Shown here: positions 8,219 to 18,150 of the stretch, one piece after another
Numbering within the stretch: the first letter of the stretch is position 1
Layout: the number at the start of each line of letters is the position of its first letter
IMG/VR virus record: IMGVR_UViG_3300021976_000020
Coordinates: 1 to 52,466 of that record
From: a virus
Lineage: Duplodnaviria > Caudoviricetes
DNA: 52,466 nt
Reading direction: 5' to 3' (one strand)
Translations under genes and position numbers: made by a program
Notes under the pieces: model-generated
Database searches by the model: none
What the model saw: only the letters and a program-made list of their open reading frames with translations
Told to the model about the DNA's origin: nothing

Positions 8219-8672
8219 CTTGTCCGTCCTTTCCTTTGCGCGTGTATTTGTTTGTGCGTTGTTCCCTTATCTTGGCTGTCGTCACCTGACCGATACGCTT
8301 GAGTATGTCATGGACCGACTCGCCTGTCGGGTAGTAGTCAGGGGAGATACCCTTCGCCTGGAGCCGTTCTGCACCACTACTACGCTCGAGGCCCTCCTGG
8401 GGAGCTACGCGCTCTTTGCACTTCCTGACGCTCTCCATCATCGAATCGGCAGCATCGTGTTCTGGATTCACATGCGGGCCGTATAGGATGATGTCTATAG
8501 CCTCATCAGGATCATCGACTCCATAGTGTGCTGCGTGATTGACGATAGCGTCGTACGGCACGACGTGGAGAAACATCTGGGGCTCGCCGCCACCCTCTGG
8601 AGTAATTTCCTTGACGATCTCAAGGTACTTACCATTCTCAGAAGGTCGCGCGTGAATGACTTCGACTGTCAT
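8067..8672 (-). CDS. hypothetical tail-associated protein
   Basis: ATGA-coupled to upstream tail gene; 3' end overlaps holin by ~150 nt. Confidence 0.6.
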   Translation of the reverse strand: MTVEVIHARPSENGKYLEIVKEITPEGGGEPQMFLHVVPYDAIVNHAAHYGVDDPDEAIDIILYGPHVNPEHDAADSMMESVRKCKERVAPQEGLERSSGAERLQAKGISPDYYPTGESVHDILKRIGQVTTAKIREQRTNKYTRKGKDGQDVQTRNPAPVREPDPQTTGRDQPRRAHVRLGTPGGRRSGSSGGTDGSIQQ

Positions 8673-9361
8673 GGTAGACGGAACCCCCAAAGGTTGACGG
8701 TCTTAGGATCTGTCCCGGCCCAGGATACAGTCCCGCCACTGTTGTCCTGGGCGGTTATGCACCAAGCGACAGGAACGCTGTTCTTTATAGTGATGATCGG
8801 AACCATCGTGCCTGACATCACAGTACTATAGCCCCAAATGAGGCCGCTCCAACCAGAGCCGACATCAATCTGATCAGTAATGAGTGCCTGATGACTGTCG
8901 AAAGCGTACCCGGGGAGCCATGTTCCTCGCACCCAGATGCTTTCTGGTTCCGACGAAGACAGCGCAATAAGGACTTCTTCGCCAACTAGTGGCTGGTAGC
9001 TTAGGTACGTGTTGCCGCTATACAACAATACCTTACCTCCGTCTTGCTGTCCGATACCCGTCTTGGAAGCAAGCTCCAACACTGAAGAGCCAGAGGTGCC
9101 AAACTCCCAAGCGGATATGGTGAGCTTGTTGGAGTCTCCGCCCATTGGCGTGAATTGGATCTCTGGGATGAAGCCTTGCTTGATGCGAAGTACTTCAACG
9201 CCACTGTCGTTCTGGATAACGATATCACCTCCTCTAACAGTCAGCTCGCCTGTGTCGATAGAGGTGTTACCGATACGCATAGCAGTTTCTAGATCGGCTA
9301 TGCGCTTCTCTAGTTTGATTACGACGTCGACCAGATCTTCCCTATCCCTCTGACGACCCAT
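8669..9361 (-). CDS. minor tail protein
   Basis: N-terminal coiled coil (LEKRIADLET), beta-rich body, follows Tal-like gene. Confidence 0.7.
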   Translation of the reverse strand: MGRQRDREDLVDVVIKLEKRIADLETAMRIGNTSIDTGELTVRGGDIVIQNDSGVEVLRIKQGFIPEIQFTPMGGDSNKLTISAWEFGTSGSSVLELASKTGIGQQDGGKVLLYSGNTYLSYQPLVGEEVLIALSSSEPESIWVRGTWLPGYAFDSHQALITDQIDVGSGWSGLIWGYSTVMSGTMVPIITIKNSVPVAWCITAQDNSGGTVSWAGTDPKTVNLWGFRLP

Positions 9362-10427
9362 CTTCATCTCCCTCAAAACTTAGGCGGGTCATTTCCACGT
9401 TCCCACTTTGCGGCGGATAATACTCTGCAGCTATTACGCGCGTGTCCTGCTGGAACTTGTTTGGGTACCTTGGATCCTTGATGATCAATCGGCACGTGTC
9501 GCCAATCGCGTTGCCGTAGAAGGCTTCCTTCACCTCTACCTTGATAACGGATCCAGGAGCTTTCTTGACGTGCGCTTCTTGCGTTGCTATGGACGTCAAG
9601 ATGTCGAGGTCCGCGATGTCCTTGTGGCTGCTAGTAACGTCGATACGTGGGTGTCCGCCACTAATCAGGTCCGCGTGTACGACAGTAACGATGGGCATTG
9701 ATTCACCCTCACCACCTCCGGCAGTGAACAAGTGTGTGCCAGAGCTTCCAATTGACGAGGTCTCCCAGTAGTTGAATATGTTTCCAGGATACTCGAAGAC
9801 CTGAATCGCAACGCTGTCGCTCTTAGAACCGATAGTTGGATATCCCCAGCGCACTTTCCGTGTGTAGACGCCTTCATTCCTGACGGTATCGACGGTCCAG
9901 TCGAACCCGTTATCACCATCAGCGAGACTATCTATAGCGGCGCCGTACGTACGTAGTTCTGTAGCAAGGATTTCGAGCGTGCGCAGCTGCGCTGTTGACG
10001 CGAACACTGGTGGCTCAATGTCGGGAGCATTAGCATCAGCTAACATGTTCAACCAGAAAGTTCGGAATATACTGATCTGGTCCACGTCTATGAATGACTG
10101 GTCTTGTTCGATGACGCGCATGTGTGGATAGGCTCGGAAGCCCTTGCCGAACAGCTGTACCGACTTTGCTTGCGCTTGGTACGTGCGACTGGTGAGTAAG
10201 AAGTCGCCAATGATTTGAGCGTCACGCTCCATGACACAGAAGCAGCGACCAGGAATGGTGGCAGAGACCAAGGAATCGTTAGTCTTGCCCGGCTGGTCCA
10301 GATGGAACGTACCACGGTACTCCGAGCCATCGAGCTTGGTGTTCACGGACACACCTTGCACTCGGATTTCCTGAATGATACGTCCCGTGAGCACGTCACC
10401 GAACATATACGTGACCTCTGCCACCAC
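9342..10427 (-). CDS. minor tail protein (baseplate hub/Tal-like)
   Basis: DGDNGFDWTVD, FEYPGNI, IGDTCRLII.D motifs; position. Confidence 0.75.
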   Translation of the reverse strand: MVAEVTYMFGDVLTGRIIQEIRVQGVSVNTKLDGSEYRGTFHLDQPGKTNDSLVSATIPGRCFCVMERDAQIIGDFLLTSRTYQAQAKSVQLFGKGFRAYPHMRVIEQDQSFIDVDQISIFRTFWLNMLADANAPDIEPPVFASTAQLRTLEILATELRTYGAAIDSLADGDNGFDWTVDTVRNEGVYTRKVRWGYPTIGSKSDSVAIQVFEYPGNIFNYWETSSIGSSGTHLFTAGGGEGESMPIVTVVHADLISGGHPRIDVTSSHKDIADLDILTSIATQEAHVKKAPGSVIKVEVKEAFYGNAIGDTCRLIIKDPRYPNKFQQDTRVIAAEYYPPQSGNVEMTRLSFEGDEDGSSEG

Positions 10428-10432
10428 TTCTC

Positions 10433-11308
10433 CTAGGCTAGCAGGTCGACGATACGGGGAAGCCGATCCGGGCCGAGCAGTTCGCGAAGAACGTTCGCCA
10501 CTGCCTCATCAGGAGTGGTCTCGTCGGACAGCTTGGCCAGTAGCGCCTCGTCCACGTTTGTGACGGCCGTGAGCATCTCAGCATCTCGGCGGGCCAGCTC
10601 TGCGCGATCGGCGTCGAACTTCGTTGTGATGGCTGCCAGCTTGGCCTTGATGTCGTCGTCGACCAGATCGTTGACGCTCCTGATGAGTAGGTCTAGCTTG
10701 GCAGCGTTCTCGGCCGCATTGGTGTACAACATCCCCATGACCCAGAGTGTGGTGCTACCCTCGGGAACGTTTGCCATACCTCGTCCGTTGTACTGCCACG
10801 GGAAAGCTCTCATTTGCAACTCGGTGAATGCCATGTCGTCCTCCGTTACCCATAGGTTTGCACGCTGGTTGACACGCGATCGATACCAAGAGATATGCGA
10901 CCACTTGTCGTGTCCTGACCCTGTGTACTGCTTGAGGACCTTAACACCATTCCACCGCGCCCAGTAGTACACAGGCTTGTCAGCCCAAGGCTTGCCGATG
11001 AACTCACAGATCATCGGCAACTCGCCATTCATCAGGCGAGCCAACACGTTCCGATGAAGTGCCCTCAGTGTGGGATTGAACTCATGCGAGAAATCACCTG
11101 CGCACGCGTAGTCCCAGTCGACGTATGGTCCATCTGATCCGTTAGGATCCTGTCGCCGCGAGTAGTCAGTAGCAGGAACTTCATTCGCAGCACGATGGAA
11201 GCCAGACGGATGGTTGGTGAAGTTGTCTGCAGTGATGCCGAGGTTCTTACCGCCCAGCGCTAACCACTCCGCCATCTCCTCCTTGATCACCGGAGCTGCT
11301 ACTGCCAT
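10433..11308 (-). CDS. endolysin (peptidase-type N-terminal domain)
   Basis: GFH...DYS...ACAGDF...YTGSGHDKWSHISWYR resembles actinophage lysin peptidase domains; GGAGGTG RBS. Confidence 0.65.
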   Translation of the reverse strand: MAVAAPVIKEEMAEWLALGGKNLGITADNFTNHPSGFHRAANEVPATDYSRRQDPNGSDGPYVDWDYACAGDFSHEFNPTLRALHRNVLARLMNGELPMICEFIGKPWADKPVYYWARWNGVKVLKQYTGSGHDKWSHISWYRSRVNQRANLWVTEDDMAFTELQMRAFPWQYNGRGMANVPEGSTTLWVMGMLYTNAAENAAKLDLLIRSVNDLVDDDIKAKLAAITTKFDADRAELARRDAEMLTAVTNVDEALLAKLSDETTPDEAVANVLRELLGPDRLPRIVDLLA

Positions 11309-11420
11309 CGTCTTCACCTCCAAACTCTTCCTTCAGTCGTGCGCGAACATCGTCGAGTTCAGGATCAGACAAATCCTGAGTCCACTCTTCTGGCTGGCTG
11401 TTACCTGGGTCTTTATCCAC
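11247..11420 (-). CDS. small acidic hypothetical protein
   Basis: GTG with GGGAGG RBS; MDKDPGNSQPEEWTQDLSDPELDDVRARL... Confidence 0.5.
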   Translation of the reverse strand: MDKDPGNSQPEEWTQDLSDPELDDVRARLKEEFGGEDDGSSSSGDQGGDGGVVSAGR

Positions 11421-11434
11421 CTGCTTACCTCCCT

Positions 11435-12721
11435 CTAGAAGTAGGTCGTTACGATAACGAGACCAGGAGTACCATTCCCACCGGCACGAGAAGTAGCACC
11501 TGCGATAGCGTTACCGCCTCCCGCACCGAACCCTGTAGCTGCAGCTCCGTTCGACCCTGTAGACAGTGCTGTCTGTCCGCCAGCACCGAACTGACTAGAC
11601 GCGCCGATCTGCATGAAGGTCTGATCGAGACCAATAGTTCTACCTAGGACACCATGATCACCAGACCTGTTGAGAATGTTAGCACCCGAAGCAGCACCTC
11701 CTACGCCGGCAAGTGCTGTAGAACCTCCAGCCGCGTTAACACCTGCTGTACCACCACCGCCACCACTTGCAGTGAAGTGGCTACCAAAGGTAGTGTTACC
11801 ACCAGCTATACCTGCGCCACCAACGACACTAGTACCGCCAGTCCCAATTGTTACTGCAATCGTTGCTCCGACGGTCGAAGCGTCAATCATCGTCTCGCAG
11901 TAACCACCAGCAGCACCCGAACCACCACAAGCGACGTTTGCACCGCCCACGCTGCCGCCTCCAGCACCACCACCACCAACACCACGTGCCCAGATCGACT
12001 TCGCACCAGCCGGCTTAGTGTAGTTCCCTGTAACCTGAATGGTTTGCACGTTAACGATGGGAGTAGCGTAGCTCCTGGAAACCCATACGCCACCAAACTT
12101 CATCTGGATCTCACCGGTGTCGAAGAGGACAATCACTTGACCTTCGGCAACAGTGTTCAGTGCAGGCTTGTCTGTGGACTTGCAGGGGATGACTCCCTGG
12201 CTGATGAAGTCACGATCATCAGTAATCTCGCCAACGCTGATGCTCGTGTCGAGTGCTGCGACATTGACCAGAGCCAGCGGAATAGAGTTCACAGGCAACG
12301 CAGGAGCTGCAGGACTACCAGCAGCCGTTCCTGTAACCTTCTCGATTGTCCAAGTGTTAAGAGCGCCGCTGTAGACAGAATCTTGCACGCGAGCAATAAC
12401 TCGGTCAATACGAGGTAGTGACCCGTGGGCAGTATCCAGAGTAACCTGGAAGGTGGCATCACTAGTACAGATGTACACACCCTGAGTAGCTGCCTGAGTT
12501 CCTGGAATGTAACAAATCCCAGATGCCACGTTCAGGGTTAGGTTAGTGCTAGGCGAGACAACCATCCCACCACCAAGAGCAGGTGCTACACCGCCTCGAG
12601 CGTTCAAGCTAGCCGCAGAGCTAGCGCCTGCCAGTAGTGCGCCAACGCTCATTCGGTCGTTAGATGCTGTATGCGTAGCGCCAACGTTGGCAAGTACAAA
12701 GGGCGGTTGAATTAGTGTCAC
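11435..12721 (-). CDS. minor tail / tail fibre protein, glycine-rich
   Basis: LPRIDRVIARVQD N-domain; GGGGAGG-rich C-domain ending GTPGLVIVTTYF. Confidence 0.8.
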   Translation of the reverse strand: MTLIQPPFVLANVGATHTASNDRMSVGALLAGASSAASLNARGGVAPALGGGMVVSPSTNLTLNVASGICYIPGTQAATQGVYICTSDATFQVTLDTAHGSLPRIDRVIARVQDSVYSGALNTWTIEKVTGTAAGSPAAPALPVNSIPLALVNVAALDTSISVGEITDDRDFISQGVIPCKSTDKPALNTVAEGQVIVLFDTGEIQMKFGGVWVSRSYATPIVNVQTIQVTGNYTKPAGAKSIWARGVGGGGAGGGSVGGANVACGGSGAAGGYCETMIDASTVGATIAVTIGTGGTSVVGGAGIAGGNTTFGSHFTASGGGGGTAGVNAAGGSTALAGVGGAASGANILNRSGDHGVLGRTIGLDQTFMQIGASSQFGAGGQTALSTGSNGAAATGFGAGGGNAIAGATSRAGGNGTPGLVIVTTYF

Positions 12722-12725
12722 GACG

Positions 12726-14042
12726 TCACCTCCAAGCAGGTCGGTATTGAACGGTAATAGCAGTAGGCTCCATCAGTGACAACGAGGCGTTGTCAATGTG
12801 GATGACATCTGTTATTGGTGGAGTTGATCCTTCCAGGACCATAACTCTTCCTTGTGCAGTCAGAGCAGGGGCAGTATATTCCTGACTCAGCAGTGTCCAC
12901 GTGTTAGCGGTTACAACCGTAGGCGTTGCTGACGTCGAGATATACGTCCCATCCGCTTCATGCCAGTTACACGCGATTGAAACGCTGCGTGTGGTAGGTG
13001 TACGCACTCGTGCCTGCAATAGGTGCTTCCTGCTAGCGATTGCCTGGACAAGCTCCGACCGAGCTTCTACAGTTGCTGTAACACCGTCAGGAGTGAGCAG
13101 TAGGCTGAAGGCCCCTTCATACACTTGCGCGCTAGACTGTGCAACAGTACCACCCACAGCTGCCCAAGGGCTAGCTCCCGACTCAAATGTTGTGATCGAG
13201 TTTTGTGCCGGCCCCGGAGTTAAGTTGCTCGACTCTGCACGGAACCTAATGTAGTTGTTTCCTGGATACAAAAAGAACCAGTCAGGCTCGCGAAGCGCTG
13301 TCCGACGGTTGGCACCGTTAACCGTAATCGAACGGGTCTTCGTGTCAATGAGCATCGTGTCACCGGCAAGTAGCTCAATGTCCAAGATCATGGTGATGCC
13401 AAGTGTATCATTGACGATCTGCATGTTCTTAGCCGGCCCAGGAATACTTATCACTAGAGGCGTAGGACGATTACCTCCAACAATGATGTTCACACCATTA
13501 GCAATGGCAGGGGCACCGTACCCGTAAGGGTAGCCTCTAGGATATCCTCGACCAGTAACAATCAGTTCACCCTGAGGAACAGGAACGGTTTGCAGCTCGG
13601 CAGAGTAGATACGCGGATCCTCTGCAGTACAGATGAACTGCACTTCTGCAGTACCTAGACGTCGTGCCTGTGTGCTAGCGTACCTACAGCCTTGTGGCTT
13701 GACGAATGCTACCCGCTCACTGACGCCAGGATGCTTAAGGTACAACGGCATGGGCAACGTACTAGGCGCCCAGTTCATCTTCAAGTCGTCTAGGAACGGT
13801 TCAAGAGGTGCACCCTCACCACTGTATACCGTACCCTCAATAATGATGGGCCGCGACTGCTCGAACTCAGCATCAACGAATCCGCCATCAGTACCTTCGT
13901 GGTCGTGCTCAGTCACCCTAGGCGGAGCGCTATCAAAGCCTTGGACATTAGTAACGTCCACGAAGGGAGGTACAAGTGAATCAGGGTTCAGGATAACGCC
14001 GTCGTCGCCTAGCATGTATGAGAACTCATCAACAAGAGCCAT
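12726..14042 (-). CDS. distal tail protein (Dit) with C-terminal carbohydrate-binding module
   Basis: Directly after tape measure; EDPRIYS and WFFLYPGNN motifs; FESGASPW...IDNASL CBM-like segment. Confidence 0.75.
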   Translation of the reverse strand: MALVDEFSYMLGDDGVILNPDSLVPPFVDVTNVQGFDSAPPRVTEHDHEGTDGGFVDAEFEQSRPIIIEGTVYSGEGAPLEPFLDDLKMNWAPSTLPMPLYLKHPGVSERVAFVKPQGCRYASTQARRLGTAEVQFICTAEDPRIYSAELQTVPVPQGELIVTGRGYPRGYPYGYGAPAIANGVNIIVGGNRPTPLVISIPGPAKNMQIVNDTLGITMILDIELLAGDTMLIDTKTRSITVNGANRRTALREPDWFFLYPGNNYIRFRAESSNLTPGPAQNSITTFESGASPWAAVGGTVAQSSAQVYEGAFSLLLTPDGVTATVEARSELVQAIASRKHLLQARVRTPTTRSVSIACNWHEADGTYISTSATPTVVTANTWTLLSQEYTAPALTAQGRVMVLEGSTPPITDVIHIDNASLSLMEPTAITVQYRPAWR

Positions 14043-17000
14043 TACCCGTTAAGCCTCCCTTCTAGCTCCCAGCCCAACTCCGCCGCATGCTTACGCGGAT
14101 CGATCTCTTGTGTATTGACCGTGATGTAGGTATTCTTGGTTACGTTCTGTGAAGTACTCGGCGGCATGAATGGCGGCCGTCGCGAATTGGCAAACTCCAC
14201 ACGGCCTGTGCCACCTGCTCCACTAAGCGCGAGCATTTCGGAGTGCATCCTAGTCGCCTTGCGCATCTGGTTCTTGTAGCCGATCAAGTAGCCTTGTGCA
14301 GTGTTGACACCGATGCCCTCGAAGACCTTTGACGGCGACTTGATGCCGAGCGACTTCTTGATGGCCTTAACCAAAGCGTTGGCGATCGCTTGCATCTGCT
14401 TAGTGATGGCCGCTGACTGCGACTGCAAGCCCTTGACTAGGCCCTGCGCTGCAGAGATACCAGCGTTGTACATCTGTCCAGCAACGTCGTTGCCTGTGCT
14501 AGCAGCTAGCTTGCGAATGTCGTCCTGTATGCGGTTGATCTGCTGGATGTCGGCAGAGGTAGCCTGAGCCAGAGTACCTGTAATGGCTCCTGCAGCGTCA
14601 ACGCCAGCCGACGCAAGGTCTGCGATGCTCTGCTTGCTTAGGCCCTTTGAGGCTAGTAGCGCTAGGTCGTTAGAGAACTTCGCCAGAGCTGCGTAGCGCG
14701 CCGCCAAGTTAGTCTTGAGTTCCTGAGGCGTTGTGCCTTCTAGGTTAGTCAGATCAGCTGCTTGCGATAGCTGATCACGAATCTTGGCAGCGAGTTCGGC
14801 TCGAGCCTTCCACTGGTCGTTCAAGCTTTTCTGTGCCGCCGCTAGCTTGGCGTTAACCTTCGCCCGAGCAGCTTCAAGCGCCAACAGCTTCGACGTGTCC
14901 TTCGTCAGCCTCTTCCGCCACGAAGCTGTCATCTTGCGAGAAGCATCACCAGCATCGAGCGACTTCATTACCGAGCTGGTCAGACTAACCATGGCGTTCT
15001 GAAGTGCCTTGCGGGAACCCTTAATGCCATTGATCATACCCTGAATGGTGTTCGCACCAATGTCCCGGAACCTCGTTGACGGTGAGTGGATACCCAGGAA
15101 GCCAGTAACAGCGTTCACTGCACCCCGAGCAGCGTCTCTCGCTGCATTAGCTGCAGCACCGGCCATATTCCTAATGCCTTGAATGAGCCCATCAATCAGT
15201 CGTGCACCGGCCGAGAGGAAGTTACTATGAAAGTTGAGGACAGCAGTTCTTGCACCCACTAGGGCCTTGAGTATGTTGACAACGATTCCGGTAGCCCATG
15301 CACCCATGGAGTTACGGAAGTCTTGGAAAGCCTTCCAGGCCGACTTGACCCAGCTGATGACCTCCATGATCGCCTTGCGAATGGCGATGAAGATACCGAT
15401 AGCAACTGTGACAACAGCTATGACTGCTAGTACGGCCGCGACGAAGGGTCCGACGAACGCTACAACCAACACGCCAATGACTACTGCTGCAACAATGGCG
15501 AGCCACTTAGCTACCTGACCTAGTATTGCTAGGATCGGCTTGAGCTCAGATTGGTTCTGCTTCCACCAGCTCGACAAGACTATGATCGCAGGAATGACTA
15601 CGTTAGTGATCATGTTACCCAAGACCTCAAAGGCCTTGCCTACGATGTCCTTGATGATCTGCGCAGCTTCCTTGAACTTAGGAAGTATGTTCTCCTGGAA
15701 CATCGTGAGCAGGCTTTGTAGGACTGGCAACAGGTGTGTCTGGATTGTGTTCCAGAGTTCCCTAAGCGGCGGCAACAAGTTCTCTTCGAACTTCGCCTTA
15801 ACGTCCTGGGCGAAGGCGACGATAATGCCCCAAGCCGTCTGGATGCCTGAACCGATCTGATCTATAAAGGCTCTGAAGGACTCGCTGTTCTTGTATGCGA
15901 GTACGAATCCGGCTCCAAGCGCAGCTATGGCACCTACTACAAGTAGAACAGCTGCGACGGTCAACAGCATCGTTCCGGTAATACTTGCTAGCGCCACTAT
16001 GAACACTGCGGAGACGCCCACCAAGGTCGCAAGACCACCCACAGCGATCATAATCACAGAACCCCAAAGCAGGAACTGTGCGATGGTGTTCTTAGTGCCT
16101 GCTGGGAGCTTGTTGAACCAGTCAAGCAGCTGAGTCATCTTGTCTAGGAGCTGACCGAAGGCAGGTATAAGCGCCTTGCCGATACCTTCTTGGACCAGCT
16201 TCCACTGGTTGCGAAGTGTCGTGCTCTTAGCGACTGTCGACTCTGACATCTCACCGTAAGCACGAGCGAAGGCGCCGGTATCGCCTTCCATCTCCTTCAA
16301 CATGTCCTGGAAGAGCTCGAGGCCTCCCTTTGTCAGGAGCATGTTCTGGAGGAAGCGTCGAGCCTCGATCGTCCCACCGGCACCCTTGAGAGTATCAAGG
16401 ATTGATGCAACGCGGTCGGCGGGCGGAAGCTTGTTTAGTACCTTGCGCCAATCCTCCATCACGTCGACCATCGGCCTGAACTTGCCCTTAGCGTCCACGA
16501 CTTGAACGCCGAGCTCTTTCAGGTTCTTGATCGTCTTCGGATGCGAGAAGGCGTCGAAGGCTCGAGCAACAGCTGTACCTGATCGTGCAGCTGACACGCC
16601 TAGTCGAGTCGAAGCAGCGAGCGCCGCAGCCATAGTCTCAATCGACTGCCCAGCTCGCACAGCCGATGGAGTAACCAGACCAATACGTTGCGCCCACTCT
16701 TCGTACGTACCGACACCTTCCTGGACGAGCTGGAACTGAATGTCCAGGATCTTGTTGACGTCCTTGAGAGGTATCTGGTAGGCGTTCATCAGACCAATAG
16801 TGGCCCGAGAAGCAGTCTGAATATCTACCTGACCTGCAACGGCTGCCTTAGAGAAGGCGCGCAGGAGCGCTTCGGCCTGAGGTAGATTCGCCTCCGTCGA
16901 AGAGAACACGTCGAACAGTGCTACCTGAATCTCTTCGAACGGTACAGCGATATCACGTGCTACGCGTCGACCTATTTCACCTAGCGCCTCTAGGCTGGGT

Positions 17001-17440
17001 TTGAAGCGCTTGTCGACCTGCGTATACGTGAAACGTACTTGACGATCGTACTCCGCAGCTACGTCAATGGCCTGCTTGAGGCCGTAGGCAACTGCTGCAC
17101 CAGCAGCCATTGTCGCTACGCCCATTGCAGTGGACGCGTCCCCGGCGTGCATGAAGGATCGCTGCAGCAGTTCAGATCGTTGCCGTGCCTGTGTTATGCC
17201 GCGTGCCTGCTCATCATAGGCTCGAGCGGATGCCATGACAGCACTGATCTGAGCCTTCGTAGCACCTGTTACGCGTAGGTGTTCAGCGTATGCCCTAGCA
17301 CCTGCAGCCTGTGCACGAGCGCTAGCTGCATCAGCAGTAGCAGACGCCCGACGCATTTCACGACTAATGCCGGCAAGCGCTCTCTGCGCATCCTCCTTGG
17401 TACGAATAAGGAGAAGCACATCGCGAACACTTGCCGGCAT
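14042..17440 (-). CDS. tape measure protein
   Basis: 1132 aa, Ala-rich helical, TM segments, LGIHSPS and LGIKSPS motifs. Confidence 0.95.
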   Translation of the reverse strand: MPASVRDVLLLIRTKEDAQRALAGISREMRRASATADAASARAQAAGARAYAEHLRVTGATKAQISAVMASARAYDEQARGITQARQRSELLQRSFMHAGDASTAMGVATMAAGAAVAYGLKQAIDVAAEYDRQVRFTYTQVDKRFKPSLEALGEIGRRVARDIAVPFEEIQVALFDVFSSTEANLPQAEALLRAFSKAAVAGQVDIQTASRATIGLMNAYQIPLKDVNKILDIQFQLVQEGVGTYEEWAQRIGLVTPSAVRAGQSIETMAAALAASTRLGVSAARSGTAVARAFDAFSHPKTIKNLKELGVQVVDAKGKFRPMVDVMEDWRKVLNKLPPADRVASILDTLKGAGGTIEARRFLQNMLLTKGGLELFQDMLKEMEGDTGAFARAYGEMSESTVAKSTTLRNQWKLVQEGIGKALIPAFGQLLDKMTQLLDWFNKLPAGTKNTIAQFLLWGSVIMIAVGGLATLVGVSAVFIVALASITGTMLLTVAAVLLVVGAIAALGAGFVLAYKNSESFRAFIDQIGSGIQTAWGIIVAFAQDVKAKFEENLLPPLRELWNTIQTHLLPVLQSLLTMFQENILPKFKEAAQIIKDIVGKAFEVLGNMITNVVIPAIIVLSSWWKQNQSELKPILAILGQVAKWLAIVAAVVIGVLVVAFVGPFVAAVLAVIAVVTVAIGIFIAIRKAIMEVISWVKSAWKAFQDFRNSMGAWATGIVVNILKALVGARTAVLNFHSNFLSAGARLIDGLIQGIRNMAGAAANAARDAARGAVNAVTGFLGIHSPSTRFRDIGANTIQGMINGIKGSRKALQNAMVSLTSSVMKSLDAGDASRKMTASWRKRLTKDTSKLLALEAARAKVNAKLAAAQKSLNDQWKARAELAAKIRDQLSQAADLTNLEGTTPQELKTNLAARYAALAKFSNDLALLASKGLSKQSIADLASAGVDAAGAITGTLAQATSADIQQINRIQDDIRKLAASTGNDVAGQMYNAGISAAQGLVKGLQSQSAAITKQMQAIANALVKAIKKSLGIKSPSKVFEGIGVNTAQGYLIGYKNQMRKATRMHSEMLALSGAGGTGRVEFANSRRPPFMPPSTSQNVTKNTYITVNTQEIDPRKHAAELGWELEGRLNG
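14194..14204 (+). promoter_or_regulatory. ACTCCACACGG motif copy (inside tape measure gene)
   Basis: Exact 11-mer. Confidence 0.65.
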
Positions 17441-17447
17441 CGCGCAC

Positions 17448-17690
17448 CTACTTTCTGCTTCGCTTCGCTTCAGCTTCCTGGCGCTTGGCTTCGTTAGCCT
17501 CCTGCTCGGCGTAGGCCGTAGCGGTACATTCGAGAAGGTACATCAGTCTGCCTGGCTGATCTAACAGACCTCCAGGACCCGGAAGGGTATTGAACTTCAC
17601 GCATGACGAGTAAATACTGACTAACTCTACTACGTCCCCTTCTTTGTCTGGCCTACCAGCCAAGACGTAGGCACGCATGCGCGGGATCAG
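17448..17690 (-). CDS. tail assembly chaperone, -1 frameshift extension
   Basis: LPGPGGLLDQP motif; reached by -1 shift at GGGAAAC. Confidence 0.8.
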   Translation of the reverse strand: MIPRMRAYVLAGRPDKEGDVVELVSIYSSCVKFNTLPGPGGLLDQPGRLMYLLECTATAYAEQEANEAKRQEAEAKRSRK

Positions 17691-18055
17691 TTTCCCTTTT
17701 CGATGTCCTCGAAGCTGTTCATAGTGTCGATCAACTTACCGACCTCTTCACCGATTTTGGCCTGTAGCTTGTTAAGGTCGGCATCCTTGTGAAAGTCCAG
17801 CTTGCGACTGTCAGTGTCCTCCAGATTGTGATCGACGACGAGATTGGCGAAGTCCCAACGAGCAATACGCGCGACGGCCATCTCGATCTCGCCAGCGAAC
17901 TCTGAATTCTTGTCGCCGCTCACCTTCATCTTGCCCTGAAGGCTCGTGCGGAGCAGACGCTCGCCGTACGACATCTCTCGTACGACTACGAAGGCACCCT
18001 CAAGCGTCGTGAGCTCGTGCCTCTCTGTTACGTTCGTTACAACTGCGACTGGCAC
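17687..18055 (-). CDS. tail assembly chaperone
   Basis: Between major tail and TMP; ends EKGN*; GAGGGAGGA RBS before GTG 18055. Confidence 0.85.
   Translation of the reverse strand: MPVAVVTNVTERHELTTLEGAFVVVREMSYGERLLRTSLQGKMKVSGDKNSEFAGEIEMAVARIARWDFANLVVDHNLEDTDSRKLDFHKDADLNKLQAKIGEEVGKLIDTMNSFEDIEKGN
17690..17696 (-). other. programmed -1 frameshift slippery site GGGAAAC
   Basis: XXXYYYZ heptamer just before the TAC stop; -1 frame is open into the downstream ORF. Confidence 0.85.
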
Positions 18056-18150
18056 TTTAGTCCTCCCTCTGAACTGTGCCTCTGCGAAATCACTTAACCA
18101 GTCAAGCCAACTGACGATTACGGTCGCCAACCAGATAGCCTCGACTAAAC

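Noticed and set aside
17690-17696. Frameshift site as a novelty
   Set aside because: Well-known conserved feature of tail assembly chaperones.
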